A stretch of 63,896 nucleotides of DNA, counting the filler. It is 6 parts of 6 records of this genome, joined end to end, with 100 filler letters (N's around TTAATTAATTAA, not from the genome) between each part and the next. Parts side by side here need not be neighbours in the genome. Positions count along the whole stretch, not along the records: positions 14,544 to 22,062 come from DRR378314_179; positions 22,163 to 28,064 come from DRR378314_181; positions 28,165 to 51,754 come from DRR378314_185; 3 more parts are not named here. One strand, 5' to 3'. Of this stretch, positions 20,022-31,300 are shown piece after piece. Below the pieces are notes generated by a model. That model was not told the DNA's origin. It saw nothing but the letters and a program-made list of their open reading frames with translations, and searched no databases. A program made the position numbers and the translations under genes. Every line of letters starts with the position of its first letter. Positions within the stretch are counted from its first letter, which is position 1.

Positions 20022-20715
20022 GAACGTGGACGCCAAGTACGACAGCTTCAAGGCCCTGGACGGCGTTTCCATGAGCGTGGAGCAGGGCGAGCTGGTGGTG
20101 CTGCTGGGCGCCAACGGCGCCGGCAAGAGCACCCTGTTCAACACCATCAGCGGTTTGCTGAAGGCGTCCGCCGGCAAGATCAGCCTGAACGGCGAGGACG
20201 TGACCGGCCGCAAACCCTCCGCGCTGGTGCAGGCCGGCGTGGTGCAGTGCCCGGAAGGCCGCAAGCTTTTTCCCGAAATGTCAGTGCTGAAAAATCTCTG
20301 GCTGGGGGGCTACGTACACCGCCGCGATAAGGCGGGTATGAAAAAAACCCTTGAGCATGTCCTTGCAATGTTCCCCATTTTAGACGAGAAAAAGGATCAG
20401 CCCGCCGGTTCCCTGAGTGGCGGTCAGCAGCAGATGGTGGCGATCGGCCGCGCCCTGATGGGCCGTCCCAAGCTGCTGCTGCTGGATGAGCCGTCGCTGG
20501 GTCTGGCGCCGCTGGTGGTCAAGCAGGTGTTCGAAGCCGTGCAGACCATCAACAAGGAAGGCACCTCGGTGCTGCTGGCGGAGCAGAACGCGTTCGCGGC
20601 ACTGAAAATCGCGACCCGAGCCTACGTGATGGAGAACGGCCGTCTGGTGATGGAAGGCGACCGCGACGCCATGCTGGGTAACGAAGAAGTACGCAAAGCT
20701 TACATCGGCGCCTGA
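20008..20715 (+). CDS. Liv-type ABC transporter ATP-binding protein (LivF-like)
   Basis: [35 protein letters not shown]. Confidence 0.92.
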
Positions 20716-20781
20716 GGGCGCCGTGCAACACACTTAATTTCCGACCACATCCCAAACAATAAAGAAAGGGAGAGAAAGAGC

Positions 20782-21945
20782 ATGAAAGTATTGAAATCCT
20801 TCCGTCGCCTGGCCGCCGCCAGCGCCGTAGCCCTCGCCGTCGGTGGCGCGGCCCATGCCGACGAAGTGAACATCGGCTTCACCGGCCCGCTCAGCGGCGG
20901 TGCCGCCCTGTACGGTGAGAACACCCTGGAAGGCCTGCGCATGGCCGCCGAGGAAATCAACGCCGCCGGCGGCATCACCGTCGATGGCGAAGAGTACACC
21001 ATCAACATCCAGTCCCTGGACGACAAGTACTCGCCCAGCCAGGCGGCCGTGAACGGCAAGCGTCTGGTGCAGCAGTACAACGCGCCGGTGATCTTCACCC
21101 CGCACTCCGGCGGCACCTTCGCTCTGCAGGCGTTCAACGAGCGTGACGGCTTCCTGGTGATGTCCTACACCTCCGTGCCGGCGGTGACCTCCAAGGGCAA
21201 CAAACTGACCGTGAAGATTCCGCCCAACTTCACCGACTACATCGAGCCGTTCTCGCGCATCACCATGGACCGCTTCGGCAAAAAACTGGGTGTCGCCAAC
21301 GCCACCCACGACTACGCCAAGTACTGGACCAAGGAATTCGTGCCGGTATGGCGTGAGCTGGGCGGCGAAGTCGCGGCCATGAACCCGATGGACTACAACA
21401 AGTCCGCGGACTTCTACACCGGCGTCAGCAAGGTGCTGTCCGAGGATCCCGACGTCATGTTCGTCGGCGGTGCCTCCGAGCCCACCGGCCTGGTGGTGCG
21501 TCAGGCCCGCGAACTGGGCTTCAAGGGCGGCTTCATCCTGATGGACCAGGCCAAGATGGACGAAGTGGCCAAGGTATCCGGCGGCATCAAGTCCCTGGAA
21601 GGCTCCGTGGGCGTGGTACCCCTGGACAAGTACGAGAACGAAGGCGCCAAGCTGTTCCTCAAGAAGTGGCAGGAAGACCACAACGGCGTGGCCACCTCCG
21701 AAACCGCGTACAACTACTTCGCCATGTACCTGATCGCCCAGGCGATGCAGGAAGCCGGCACCGTGGACGACGCCAAGGCGATCCGCGCGGCCATCGCGTC
21801 CGCCATGGATAAAGTGTCCGTGGAGCACAACCCGTACGACGTGGACGGTATCGACGAAGCCGGCAACCTGGGCGCCGACCCGCAGATCGCCGAAGTGGTC
21901 GACGGCGAAGTGGTGCTGCGCAAGTTGTCCGAAATCACCGAGTAA
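20782..21945 (+). CDS. Liv-type ABC transporter periplasmic binding protein
   Basis: Signal peptide (AHA|D); IGFTGPLSGGAALYG..EEINAAGGI; LDDKYSP. Confidence 0.9.
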   Translation: MKVLKSFRRLAAASAVALAVGGAAHADEVNIGFTGPLSGGAALYGENTLEGLRMAAEEINAAGGITVDGEEYTINIQSLDDKYSPSQAAVNGKRLVQQYNAPVIFTPHSGGTFALQAFNERDGFLVMSYTSVPAVTSKGNKLTVKIPPNFTDYIEPFSRITMDRFGKKLGVANATHDYAKYWTKEFVPVWRELGGEVAAMNPMDYNKSADFYTGVSKVLSEDPDVMFVGGASEPTGLVVRQARELGFKGGFILMDQAKMDEVAKVSGGIKSLEGSVGVVPLDKYENEGAKLFLKKWQEDHNGVATSETAYNYFAMYLIAQAMQEAGTVDDAKAIRAAIASAMDKVSVEHNPYDVDGIDEAGNLGADPQIAEVVDGEVVLRKLSEITE

Positions 21946-21973
21946 ACGCCGCGCCTCACACTGTGATGCAACG

Positions 21974-22008
21974 CCGAGAAAGGGCACCCTGTGAGGTGCC
22001 CTTTTCGG
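21974..22008 (+). terminator. Rho-independent terminator
   Basis: GAGAAAGGGCACC-CTGTGA-GGTGCCCTTTTC after the operon. Confidence 0.8.
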
Positions 22009-22020
22009 TTAAAGAAAGGC

Positions 22021-22062
22021 TGTGCGAGCGGGCTTGTGCGAGCGGGCCCTGCCCGCGAAAGG
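22021..22062. repeat. REP-like palindromic repeat at contig end
   Basis: TGTGCGAGCGGGC duplicated; GCGGGC-CCT-GCCCGCGAA hairpin resembles gammaproteobacterial GTGGGAGCGGGCTTGCCCGCGA REPs. Confidence 0.6.
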
Positions 22063-22162
22063 NNNNNNNNNNNNNNNNNNNNNNNNNNNNNNNNNNNNNN
22101 NNNNNNTTAATTAATTAANNNNNNNNNNNNNNNNNNNNNNNNNNNNNNNNNNNNNNNNNNNN
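22063..22162. other. Artificial contig spacer
   Basis: N44-TTAATTAATTAA-N44. Confidence 0.99.
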
Positions 22163-22163
22163 C

Positions 22164-22568
22164 CAGTTCCACCATCTGCTGCCGGAGTTCACCGCCCGGG
22201 AGAACGTGGCCATGCCGTTGCTGATCCGTGGCCTCAAGCCGGGGGAAGCCGCGCAACGGGCCGAGCGACTGCTGGATCAGGTGGGCCTGGCGCCGCGCGC
22301 CGAGCACAAGCCGGCGCAGCTGAGCGGCGGCGAGCGGCAGCGGGTGGCGATCGCCCGCGCCCTGGTGACCGACCCGGCGCTGGTGATGGCCGACGAGCCC
22401 ACCGGTAACCTGGACGAGCGCACCGCCGACCAGGTGCAGGACCTGATGCTGGAGCTCAACCAGCGCCTGGGCACCGCTTTCCTGGTGGTTACCCACGATC
22501 ATCACTTCGCGGGCCGCTGCCAGAGCCGCCACGAGCTGCACGACGGCCTGCTGCATCCGGTGGCCTGA
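22164..22568 (+). CDS. lolD: Lipoprotein-releasing ABC ATPase LolD, 5' partial
   Basis: [51 protein letters not shown]; typical lolD-comEC-msbA synteny. Confidence 0.88.
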   Translation, partial: QFHHLLPEFTARENVAMPLLIRGLKPGEAAQRAERLLDQVGLAPRAEHKPAQLSGGERQRVAIARALVTDPALVMADEPTGNLDERTADQVQDLMLELNQRLGTAFLVVTHDHHFAGRCQSRHELHDGLLHPVA

Positions 22569-22669
22569 GCCGCCGGCGCACAACACCTTCCGTTTTTTCC
22601 TTCCCGGATTATCGCCGCTGGCTGACAGGCCGGCGGCGCCGTCGCCGTTAGGCTGTAGGGATCAGCGCG

Positions 22670-23179
22670 TTACTGCTGCCGCTGCCGGCGGCGGGCACGA
22701 AGATTCCAACTGCGCACCACCGCCAGCCGCCAGAACAGTTTGACGGTGAAATAGGAAGCCAGACCGGCGATCAGCGCGCAGGTCAGCGAGCCGATCCACA
22801 ACGGCACCAGCTGCTCCACGAACCAGGCGACATTGATGGCGTGGTCGGAGCTGGGCGTGAGCCCGGTCATCCAGGCGCCCACCCGGTAGGTGAAATAAAA
22901 GATCGGCACATAGGTGACCGGGTTGGAAATCCACACCAGCATTACCGAAAGCGGCAGGTTGCAATGGAAGCGCACCGCCAGCAGGGCGGCCAGGCCCATT
23001 TGCAGGGGAATCGGCAGCAGCCCGGTGAACACGCCGATAAAGGCGGCCCCGGCCAGGGAGTGGCGGTTTATGTGCCAGAGGTTGGGGTCCGACAATACCT
23101 CTCCCAGGAAGCTCAGGGATTTGTGTCCTTTGAGGCGATCCGGCGAGGGCAGGTATTTGCGGAACAAATGTTTGGGCAT
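22670..23179 (-). CDS. DUF2062-domain membrane protein
   Basis: MPKHLFRKYLP, LWHINRHS, PIPLQM, NLPLSV..VWISNPVT; usual position between lolD and comEC. Confidence 0.82.
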   Translation of the reverse strand: MPKHLFRKYLPSPDRLKGHKSLSFLGEVLSDPNLWHINRHSLAGAAFIGVFTGLLPIPLQMGLAALLAVRFHCNLPLSVMLVWISNPVTYVPIFYFTYRVGAWMTGLTPSSDHAINVAWFVEQLVPLWIGSLTCALIAGLASYFTVKLFWRLAVVRSWNLRARRRQRQQ

Positions 23180-23309
23180 GTGAAACTGCAAGGTCCCTGG
23201 AAGACGGGCGCTATTATGCCGACCCGGGCGGCGTACGCCTACATCGACCTGTGACCGAGACGCCGCGCCGTTACATGGAGGCGTGATCATAACAACCCGG
23301 TGAGCAAGG

Positions 23310-25529
23310 ATGCGATACTGGTTTTCCCCTGCGGCGATGATCGCGGCGGTCTGGAGCGGCCTCTGGTGGCCGCTGGCGGTGTGCGCGGCCCTGGCGGCGG
23401 CGCTGCCGCGCGGGCGCGGCTGGTGCCTGCTGCTGGCCTTGTCCTGGGCCTACGGGCTGCTGGCCCTGGAGCAGGGGCTGGATCGCCGGCTGCCGGAGTA
23501 TCTGAACGGCACCCCGCTGACCGTGGAAGCCCGGGTGGTGGGGCTGCCGGTCACGGACACGCGCCGCCGCTTCGGCGAGACCCTGCGCCGCCAGCGGATG
23601 ATTCTGGACCTGCGCCTGGCCGTCGACGAGCGGCCCTGGCCGGGCCGTCACCGGGTGCGGGTCACGGCCTGGGCGCCGCTGCCGGCGCTGGAGGCCGGTG
23701 ACCGGCTGCGCGGCAAGGTGCGTCTCTTCTTCCCCCATGGCTGGTACAACCAGACCGGGCCGGACCGCGCCCGTTTCGATCTCGCCGACCGCATCGACGC
23801 CCGTGGCGTGCTCACGGCGGTGATCCGCCAGCGGGGGCGGCCTGACAGCCTGGACGCCCGCCGCGCCGATCTTTCCCGGCGCGTCAGGGAGCTGCTGTCC
23901 GTCAGTCCCGCGGGTGCCGCGGTGATTCCGGCGCTGGTCACCGGCGACCGCCGTGGTCTGGAGCCGCCGCTATGGCGGCTGTTCCGCGACCTGGGCACCG
24001 CCCACCTGCTGGCGATTTCAGGCCTGCACCTGACGCTGGTCACCGGCCTGCTGTGGGGGCTGGGGCGCTGGCTGCTGGCGCCGCTGCTGTGGCTTGCGTG
24101 CCCGCCGGCGCGGCGCTTCAGCCTGCAGCAGTGGGCCTGGGCCCCGTCGCTGGCCGGGGCGCTCGGCTACGCGGCGCTGGCGGGCTTCGCGCTGCCCACC
24201 CAGCGCGCCCTGATCATGGTGGCGGTGCTGGCCGCCTGCCGGCTGCGCCGGGCGCGGCCGGCGGCGGGCAGCGTGCTCGGGCTGGCGTTGCTGGCGGTTT
24301 TACTGGTGCAGCCGCTGGCGGCGTTATCCGCCGGGCTGTGGTTGTCGTTCACGGCGGTGGCGGTGATCCTGTTGCTGATCGACGGCGGTCGCTGGCCGGT
24401 GATGGTCAGCCTACCCCTGCTGATGGCGGTGCTGGGGGCCTGGTTGTTCGATACCTGGGCGTGGCTGAGCCCGTTGGCGAATCTGTTGCTGGTGCCGCTG
24501 TTCAGCCTGCTGGTGGTGCCCGCGGCGCTGCTGGGCGTGGCGCTGGACGTGCCCGCCATCCTGCTGGCGGCGGCCACCGGCGTGGAGGCCTCGGTGCTGA
24601 TGATGGAGGGCCTGCACGGGCTGCCGTCGCCGCCGCTGGCGCCGGCGCCCGGTTGGGCCGGTCTGGCGCTGCTGGGGTCGGCGTTGCTGTGGCTGTTACC
24701 GGCCTGGCCCTGGCCGCGCCGGCTGTTGCTGTTGGGGTTACTGCCCTGGTGGTTGCCCGGCGCCGAGCCGCCGGCCCGGGGCCAGCTGGATCTGATCGTT
24801 TTCGAGGTGGGGCAGGGGCAGGCGCTGGCGCTGCGTACCCAGCGCCACCTGGTGCTTTACGACCTGGGGCCGGGCTGGGCCGGCGGGTCGGCGGCGAAAA
24901 GCGTGTTGCTGCCCTGGCTGCGGCGCCATGGCCTGACCCCGGACCTCACCATTGTCAGCCACGGTGACGGCGACCACGCCGGCGGCCTGGCGGATCTGGA
25001 GCACACCGGGCGCCTGCTGAGCGGCGAGCCCGACCGGGTGGACGGGGCGCGACCGTGCCGGGCCGGGCAGCAATGGCGGTTCGACGGCGTGCGCTTCGAG
25101 GTGCTGTGGCCGCCGGACGGGTCGTACCAGGGCAATGCCGCCAGCTGCGTGCTGCGGGTGGACGCCCTGGGCGCCAGTGCGCTGCTGACCGGCGACATCC
25201 CCAAACAGGTGGAATACCGGCTGCTGGGGCGGGTGGCTCCGACGACGGTGCTGCAGCTTGCCCATCACGGCAGCGACTCCTCCTCGTCAACCGCCTGGTT
25301 GCGGGCCGTGTCGCCGCGCTGGGCCGTGGCGTCGATGGGTTACGCCAACCGCTTCGACCATCCCGACCCGGACGTGGTCGACCGGCTGGAGGCGGCCGGC
25401 GTCACGCTTCTGCGCACCGACCGGACCGGCATGATTGTGTTTCGCCTGGGCGGCCCTGATAATGCCGCGCTCATAACAAAGTGGCGCCGGGCCCATGGTC
25501 GGCCCTGGCACCGCGAGCCGGAACTGTGA
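23310..25529 (+). CDS. comEC: DNA internalization competence protein ComEC/Rec2
   Basis: GTAHLLAISGLHL, LPTQRA, VGQG, SHGDGDHAGG (MBL), LLTGDI, HHGS, GYANRFDHP. Confidence 0.92.
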   Translation: MRYWFSPAAMIAAVWSGLWWPLAVCAALAAALPRGRGWCLLLALSWAYGLLALEQGLDRRLPEYLNGTPLTVEARVVGLPVTDTRRRFGETLRRQRMILDLRLAVDERPWPGRHRVRVTAWAPLPALEAGDRLRGKVRLFFPHGWYNQTGPDRARFDLADRIDARGVLTAVIRQRGRPDSLDARRADLSRRVRELLSVSPAGAAVIPALVTGDRRGLEPPLWRLFRDLGTAHLLAISGLHLTLVTGLLWGLGRWLLAPLLWLACPPARRFSLQQWAWAPSLAGALGYAALAGFALPTQRALIMVAVLAACRLRRARPAAGSVLGLALLAVLLVQPLAALSAGLWLSFTAVAVILLLIDGGRWPVMVSLPLLMAVLGAWLFDTWAWLSPLANLLLVPLFSLLVVPAALLGVALDVPAILLAAATGVEASVLMMEGLHGLPSPPLAPAPGWAGLALLGSALLWLLPAWPWPRRLLLLGLLPWWLPGAEPPARGQLDLIVFEVGQGQALALRTQRHLVLYDLGPGWAGGSAAKSVLLPWLRRHGLTPDLTIVSHGDGDHAGGLADLEHTGRLLSGEPDRVDGARPCRAGQQWRFDGVRFEVLWPPDGSYQGNAASCVLRVDALGASALLTGDIPKQVEYRLLGRVAPTTVLQLAHHGSDSSSSTAWLRAVSPRWAVASMGYANRFDHPDPDVVDRLEAAGVTLLRTDRTGMIVFRLGGPDNAALITKWRRAHGRPWHREPEL

Positions 25530-25544
25530 AAAGGGGATCGCAAC

Positions 25545-26186
25545 GTGCAGGATCTTGTGCAGTCCGGGGGCTGGATGATGCTCCCGATCCTGATCAGCTC
25601 GGTGGTGGCGCTGGCCATCGTCGGTGAGCGTTTCTGGACTCTGCGTCCGAACAAGCTGGCGCCGCCGGGCACCTTGCCGCAGGTGCGCGGCTGGCTGAAA
25701 AAGGGCCAGTTGAACGCCCAGCGGCTCAAGACGCTGCGCGAGGAGTCGCCGCTGGGGCGGATTCTCGCCACCGGGCTGGCCAATGCCCGCCACGGCCGCG
25801 ACATCATGAAGGAAAGCATCCAGGAGGAGGCCACCGGCGTGGTCCACGACCTGGAGAAGTACCTCTCCACGCTGGGTTCGATCGCGGCCATCGCGCCGCT
25901 GCTCGGGCTGCTGGGTACGGTGATCGGCATGATCGACGTGTTCGCCGCGATTATGATGCACGGCACCGGCGACGCGGCGCAGCTGGCCGGGGGGATCTCC
26001 CAGGCCCTGCTGACCACCGCCGCCGGTCTGGTGGTGGCGATCCCGGCGATCTTCTTCCATCGCTTTTTCGTGCGCCGGGTGGAGGAAATCACCGTGGGCA
26101 TGGAGCAGAGCGCCGTGCACCTGGTCGATCTGGTCCACGGTGAGCGGGAGGCGACTCCGGGGCAGACTCCTGGAGAGAAAACGTGA
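25545..26186 (+). CDS. exbB: MotA/TolQ/ExbB proton channel
   Basis: GGWMMLPI, APLLGLLGTVIGMI, LAGGISQALLTTAAGL. Confidence 0.88.
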   Translation: MQDLVQSGGWMMLPILISSVVALAIVGERFWTLRPNKLAPPGTLPQVRGWLKKGQLNAQRLKTLREESPLGRILATGLANARHGRDIMKESIQEEATGVVHDLEKYLSTLGSIAAIAPLLGLLGTVIGMIDVFAAIMMHGTGDAAQLAGGISQALLTTAAGLVVAIPAIFFHRFFVRRVEEITVGMEQSAVHLVDLVHGEREATPGQTPGEKT

Positions 26187-26608
26187 AGTTCCCGCGCCCG
26201 CGCCAGGAAGAGATCAGCGTCAACCTGACGCCGCTGATCGACGTGGTGTTCCTGCTGCTGATCTTTTTCATGGTTTCCACCACCTTTACCCGTGAGACTC
26301 AGCTTTCACTGACCCTGCCGGAAGCGCAGGGCATGCCGCCGGAGAGCCCGGCGCAGGCGGTGGAGGTGCTGGTCTCGCCGCTCGGGGAATATCTGATCAA
26401 CGGTGAAAAACTCACCGACAACAGTGAGGCGGGCCTGCGTTCGGCGCTGCTCCGGCTGGGGCAGGACAAAGCCGCCTTGCCGATGATCATCACCGCCGAC
26501 GCCAACGCCAGCTATCAGGCGGTGGTGCGGGTGATGGATGTGGCCGGGCAGCTGGGCTTTGATAAGCTGTCGCTGACCACCCGCGAAGCCGACGAAGAGG
26601 GCCAATGA
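26183..26608 (+). CDS. exbD: ExbD/TolR biopolymer transport protein
   Basis: NLTPLIDVVFLLLIFFMVSTTF, ADANASYQAVVRVMD. Confidence 0.9.
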   Translation: MKFPRPRQEEISVNLTPLIDVVFLLLIFFMVSTTFTRETQLSLTLPEAQGMPPESPAQAVEVLVSPLGEYLINGEKLTDNSEAGLRSALLRLGQDKAALPMIITADANASYQAVVRVMDVAGQLGFDKLSLTTREADEEGQ

Positions 26609-28064
26609 GCCAACTACCGGATGATGCCTGGCAGACGTACAAACGTCTGCTGTCGTACGTAAAGCCCCACGCCCTGATCCTGTTCGCCAGTGTCATCGGC
26701 TACGCCATCTACGCCGCCACCCAGGCCGGCGCTGCGCAACTGGCCGGCTACCTGGGCGAGACCGTGGTCAACCCGGAACCGCACCGCGTGGTGATCGTCT
26801 CCATCGCGCCGTTCTTTATCGCGCTGGCCCAGGGGCTCGGCCAGTTCATGGGCAGTTATTCGATGACCTGGGTGGCCCAGGAAATCGTCTACCGGCTGCG
26901 CAACGACGTGTTCGGCCATGTGCTGCGTCTGCCGCAGGCGGAGTACAACAACAACGCCTCCGGGCGGATCATGTCGAAGATCATCTTCGACGCCCAGCAG
27001 ATCACCAGCGCCGGCACCGATGCCCTGATCGTGATGCTGCGCGAGGGCCTTACCGTGATCGGGCTGCTCACCTTCCTGCTGTATCAGAACTGGAAACTGA
27101 CGCTGATCCTGCTGATCGCCGCGCCCCTGGTGGGCCTGGTGGTGAACCTCACCAGCAAGCGTTTCCGGCATATCAGCCGCCGTATCCAGGGCTCCATGGG
27201 CAATATCACCCAGTTTCTCGGCGAAGCCATCGAGGGCAACCAGGCGGTGAAGATCTTCGGCGGCCAGAAGCTGGAGGCCGACCGCTTTCATTCCGTGAGC
27301 CGCCGCTTTGCCCGTCAGAACACCAAACTCAACGCCAGCAAGATCGGCTCCACGGTGATCGTGCAGCTGTTCGTGTCGGTGGCGATCGGCGCGGTCACCT
27401 ATCTGTACATCACGATGATGGGCGAAGCGCTGACCGTGGGCGGCTTCCTGTCCTACATCGCCGCCGCCGGGATGATCCAGAAGCCGCTCAAGCAGCTCAC
27501 CGACGTGAACGTGAAAATCCAGCGTGGCGTCACCGGCGCGGCCTCGTTGTTCGAGCTGATGGACCGCCCGGAAGAGCGGGACGAAGGCGACCAGGACCTG
27601 CCGCGCACCGACGGCAACATCGAATTCCGCGACGTCACCTTCGGCTATGACCCGGCACAACCGGTGCTGCGCAACCTCAGTCTCAAGGTCAACAGCGGCG
27701 AGACGGTGGCGCTGATCGGCCGCTCGGGCGCGGGCAAGAGCACCATTTCAGCGATGCTGCCGCGCTTCTTCGACCCGGATCAGGGTCAGGTGCTGCTCGA
27801 CGGCGTGCCGTTGCCGGACTACAAGCTGGCCCATCTGCGCCGTCAGATCGCCATGGTCAGCCAGAAAGTGGTGCTGTTTAACGACACCGTGCGCCATAAC
27901 ATCGCCTACGGCGAGATGCGTGACGCCGACGACGCCCAGGTGGAACAGGCCGCCCGCAACGCCTACGCCTGGGACTTCATCCAGGGCCTGGAACACGGCC
28001 TGGACACCGAGGTGGGCCAGGATGGCGCCCAGCTTTCCGGCGGCCAGCGCCAGCGCATCGCCAT
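26605..28064 (+). CDS. msbA: Lipid A export ABC transporter MsbA, 3' truncated
   Basis: TYKRLLSY, ABC TM domain, [32 protein letters not shown]; synteny. Confidence 0.9.
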
Positions 28065-28164
28065 NNNNNNNNNNNNNNNNNNNNNNNNNNNNNNNNNNNN
28101 NNNNNNNNTTAATTAATTAANNNNNNNNNNNNNNNNNNNNNNNNNNNNNNNNNNNNNNNNNNNN
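28065..28164. other. Artificial contig spacer
   Basis: N44-TTAATTAATTAA-N44. Confidence 0.99.
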
Positions 28165-28385
28165 CCATTGCAATGGAACCTGTTGGCCATATCGCTGGCA
28201 TTGCTGCCTCGGCGATTGCAGCTATCTCGACAGTACTGGCCGCAGTTCTGGCTTCCCCTGTCGGGTTGTTGTTCAACGGTACGGTCCAGCCCCTTGTTGC
28301 GGCCATCCTCGTCATGGCAATGGCGGGCTATGCCCTGATGCTGCGCCTTGGCCGGATCGAAGCACGCGCAACCAACGACAGCTGA
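28165..28385 (+). CDS. Bcr/CflA-family MFS transporter, C-terminal fragment
   Basis: AMEPVGHIAGIAASAI..STV..PVGLLFNGTVQPL typical of Bcr/CflA C-termini. Confidence 0.65.
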
Positions 28386-28390
28386 ACACC

Positions 28391-31300
28391 TCAGGCTTTA
28401 CCGGACGTCTTGCCCTTTGCCTTCTTCTCCGCAGCGATCACATGTTCCGCCAGATCACGGGCAATGGCAAACGCCCCCTTGATCTTATCCGCATCTGATT
28501 TCCAGTCGCGTTTCACCACGATCTTGTTGTCGCGGACCTTGGCCAGCCCACGCTGATCCTGAATGAACGATACCAGGCCTTCAGGAGAGGCAAATTTGTC
28601 ATTGTGGAACTGGATCGTGGCCCCCTTGGGCCCGCCGTCCAGCTTGGCAATACCGGCGCGTTTACACATCGCCTTGATCCGCACCACCAACATCAGCGTG
28701 TTTACCTCTTTGGGCAGCTTGCCAAAACGGTCAATAAGCTCCGCCGCGAACCCTTCCAATTCTACCTTGGTGCTGAGGCCCGACAGGCGGCGATAAAGCC
28801 CCAGCCGCACATCCAGGTCAGGCACATAGGTTTCCGGGATCAGTACCGGCACACCCAGATTGATCTGTGGTGCCCATTGCTCATCCGTTTCCGACAGCCC
28901 TTCCATCTGGCCAGATCTGATCTTGGAAATCGCCTCTTCCAGCATGGATTGATACATCTCAAAGCCGACATCGCGCATCTGGCCGGATTGCTCTTCCCCC
29001 AGCAGATTGCCCGCGCCGCGAATGTCCATGTCCTGTGATGCCAGCGTAAAACCGGCCCCCAGCGTGTCGAGCGAGCCCAGCACCCGCAGCCGCTTTTCCG
29101 CCAGCGGCGTCAGCTTTTCGCGCGGCTTGGTTGTCAGATAGGCATAGGCGCGGGTTTTGGAGCGGCCCACGCGGCCCCTGATCTGATAAAGCTGCGCAAG
29201 ACCGAACATATCCGCGCGATGCACGATCATGGTGTTTGCTGTCGGGATATCCAAACCGGATTCCACAATCGTAGTCGCCAGCAGGATGTCGAATTTGCCA
29301 TCGTAAAAGGCATTCATCCGGTCATCCAATTCCCCCGCAGCCATCTGCCCATGCGCCACGACATAGGTCAGCTCCGGCAGTTGGTCTTTCAGGAAGGCTT
29401 CGATTTCGGGCAGGTCACTGATGCGTGGCACAACGTAGAAGGATTGCCCGCCACGATAATGTTCACGCAGCAGCGCCTCGCGCAGCGTGACCGCATCAAA
29501 TTCGCTGACATAGGTACGGATTGCCAGACGGTCGACTGGCGGTGTGCCGATGATGCTGAGGTCGCGCACACCGGTCAGCGACAGTTGCAAGGTGCGCGGG
29601 ATCGGCGTGGCGGTCAGGGTCAGCACGTGAATATCTGTGCGCAGGGATTTCAGGCGTTCCTTATGCTGCACGCCGAAATGCTGTTCCTCGTCAATCACCA
29701 ACAGGCCAAGGTTCTGAAACCTGATGCCCTTTGCCAGCAGCGCATGGGTGCCAATGACAATATCAACCGTGCCCTTGGCCATCCCGTCACGGGTCGCTGC
29801 GGCCTCTTTTGCGGGCACAAAGCGGCTGAGCTGGCGCACCTCAATCGGAAAGCCACGAAACCGCTCTGCAAAGCTTTTGTAATGTTGCCGTGCCAGCAGG
29901 GTTGTCGGCGCGATCACCGCCACCTGCACACCGGACATGGCGGCCACAAAGGCCGCCCGCATGGCCACTTCGGTCTTGCCGAAACCAACATCGCCACAGA
30001 CCAGACGGTCCATCGGATTGCCGCTGGTCAGATCGTCGATCACATCAGAAATGGCGCGCAGCTGGTCGTCGGTTTCCTGATAGGGAAAGCGGGCCGAAAA
30101 CGCATCCCACATGCCCGGAGGCGGATCAAGCACCGGCGCACGGCGCAACGCACGTTCTGCAGCAATGCGGATCAACTTGTCCGCCATCTCGCGAATGCGT
30201 TCTTTCAGCTTGGCCTTTTTCGACTGCCAGGCCCCGCCGCCCAGCTTGTCCAGCAGCCCCTCTTCATGGCCATATTTGCTCAGCAGTTCGATATTCTCAA
30301 CCGGCAGATACAGCTTTGAATTTTCGGCATATTCCAGCAGCAAACATTCATGCGCCGCCCCCGCCGCAGTGATCACCTCCATACCCAGATAACGACCGAT
30401 GCCGTGATCCACATGCACCACCAGATCACCCGGTGTCAGGCTTTGGGTTTCGGTCAGGAAATTCGCCGCACGTTTCTTGCGTCTGGGCGCGCGGATCAGC
30501 CGGTCGCCCAAAACATCCTGCTCCGAAATCACCGTCAGTTTGCCGTCTTCCCAAGGGGCCTCAAACCCGTGTTCCAACGCCCAGACCGCCAAATGCAGCC
30601 CACGTTTACCCAGACGTTTGGCTGATGGGATTGGAATCGCTTCTGCCAGCCCTTCATCTTCGATCAGCCCGGTCAAGCGCTCGCGCGCGCCTTCGGAGTA
30701 GCTGGCAATCACCACCGGTCCTTCTTGAAGTTTTGCTTTAAGGTGATCCGCCAATGCACCGAAAAGACTGATCGTTTCCTGCTGGCGTTCAGGTGCAAAG
30801 TCGCGCCCGATCCGCGCACCCGCGTCCAGCACATTTGGCCCCGTCGGCTGCGGCAGCGTCGTCATCTGGATCACCCGGTGGTCCGCTGTCGCCAGCAGCC
30901 ATGCCTCATCCGTCAGATACAGACCTTCAGGCGGCGCGGGCTTGTAAACACTGTCCATTTTGGAACGGTTCGCCATGGCGATCTTGCGGGTTTCATATTG
31001 ATCTTGGATGCTTTCCCAACGGGCCAGACGGCTGGCGGTCAGTTGATCATCCAGCGTGATCGCCGCCTTGGGCAGATAATCAAACAGGGTTTCCATGTCA
31101 GCATGGAAAAACGCCAGCCAATGTTCAGCGCCCTGATGTTTGCGTCCTGCGCTGATCGCCTCATAAAGCGGATCATCCGTGCCCGCCGCGCCAAATTCGA
31201 TACGGTAGTTCTGGCGGAAACGGGTGATCGCCGCCTCGTCCAAGATGACCTCGGAAACCGGGGCCAGTTCGACCAGCTCCAGCTTTTCCGTGGTGCGTTG

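Noticed and set aside
22164-28064. comEC next to exbBD and msbA as a novel DNA-uptake system
   Set aside because: Standard conserved gammaproteobacterial gene order.
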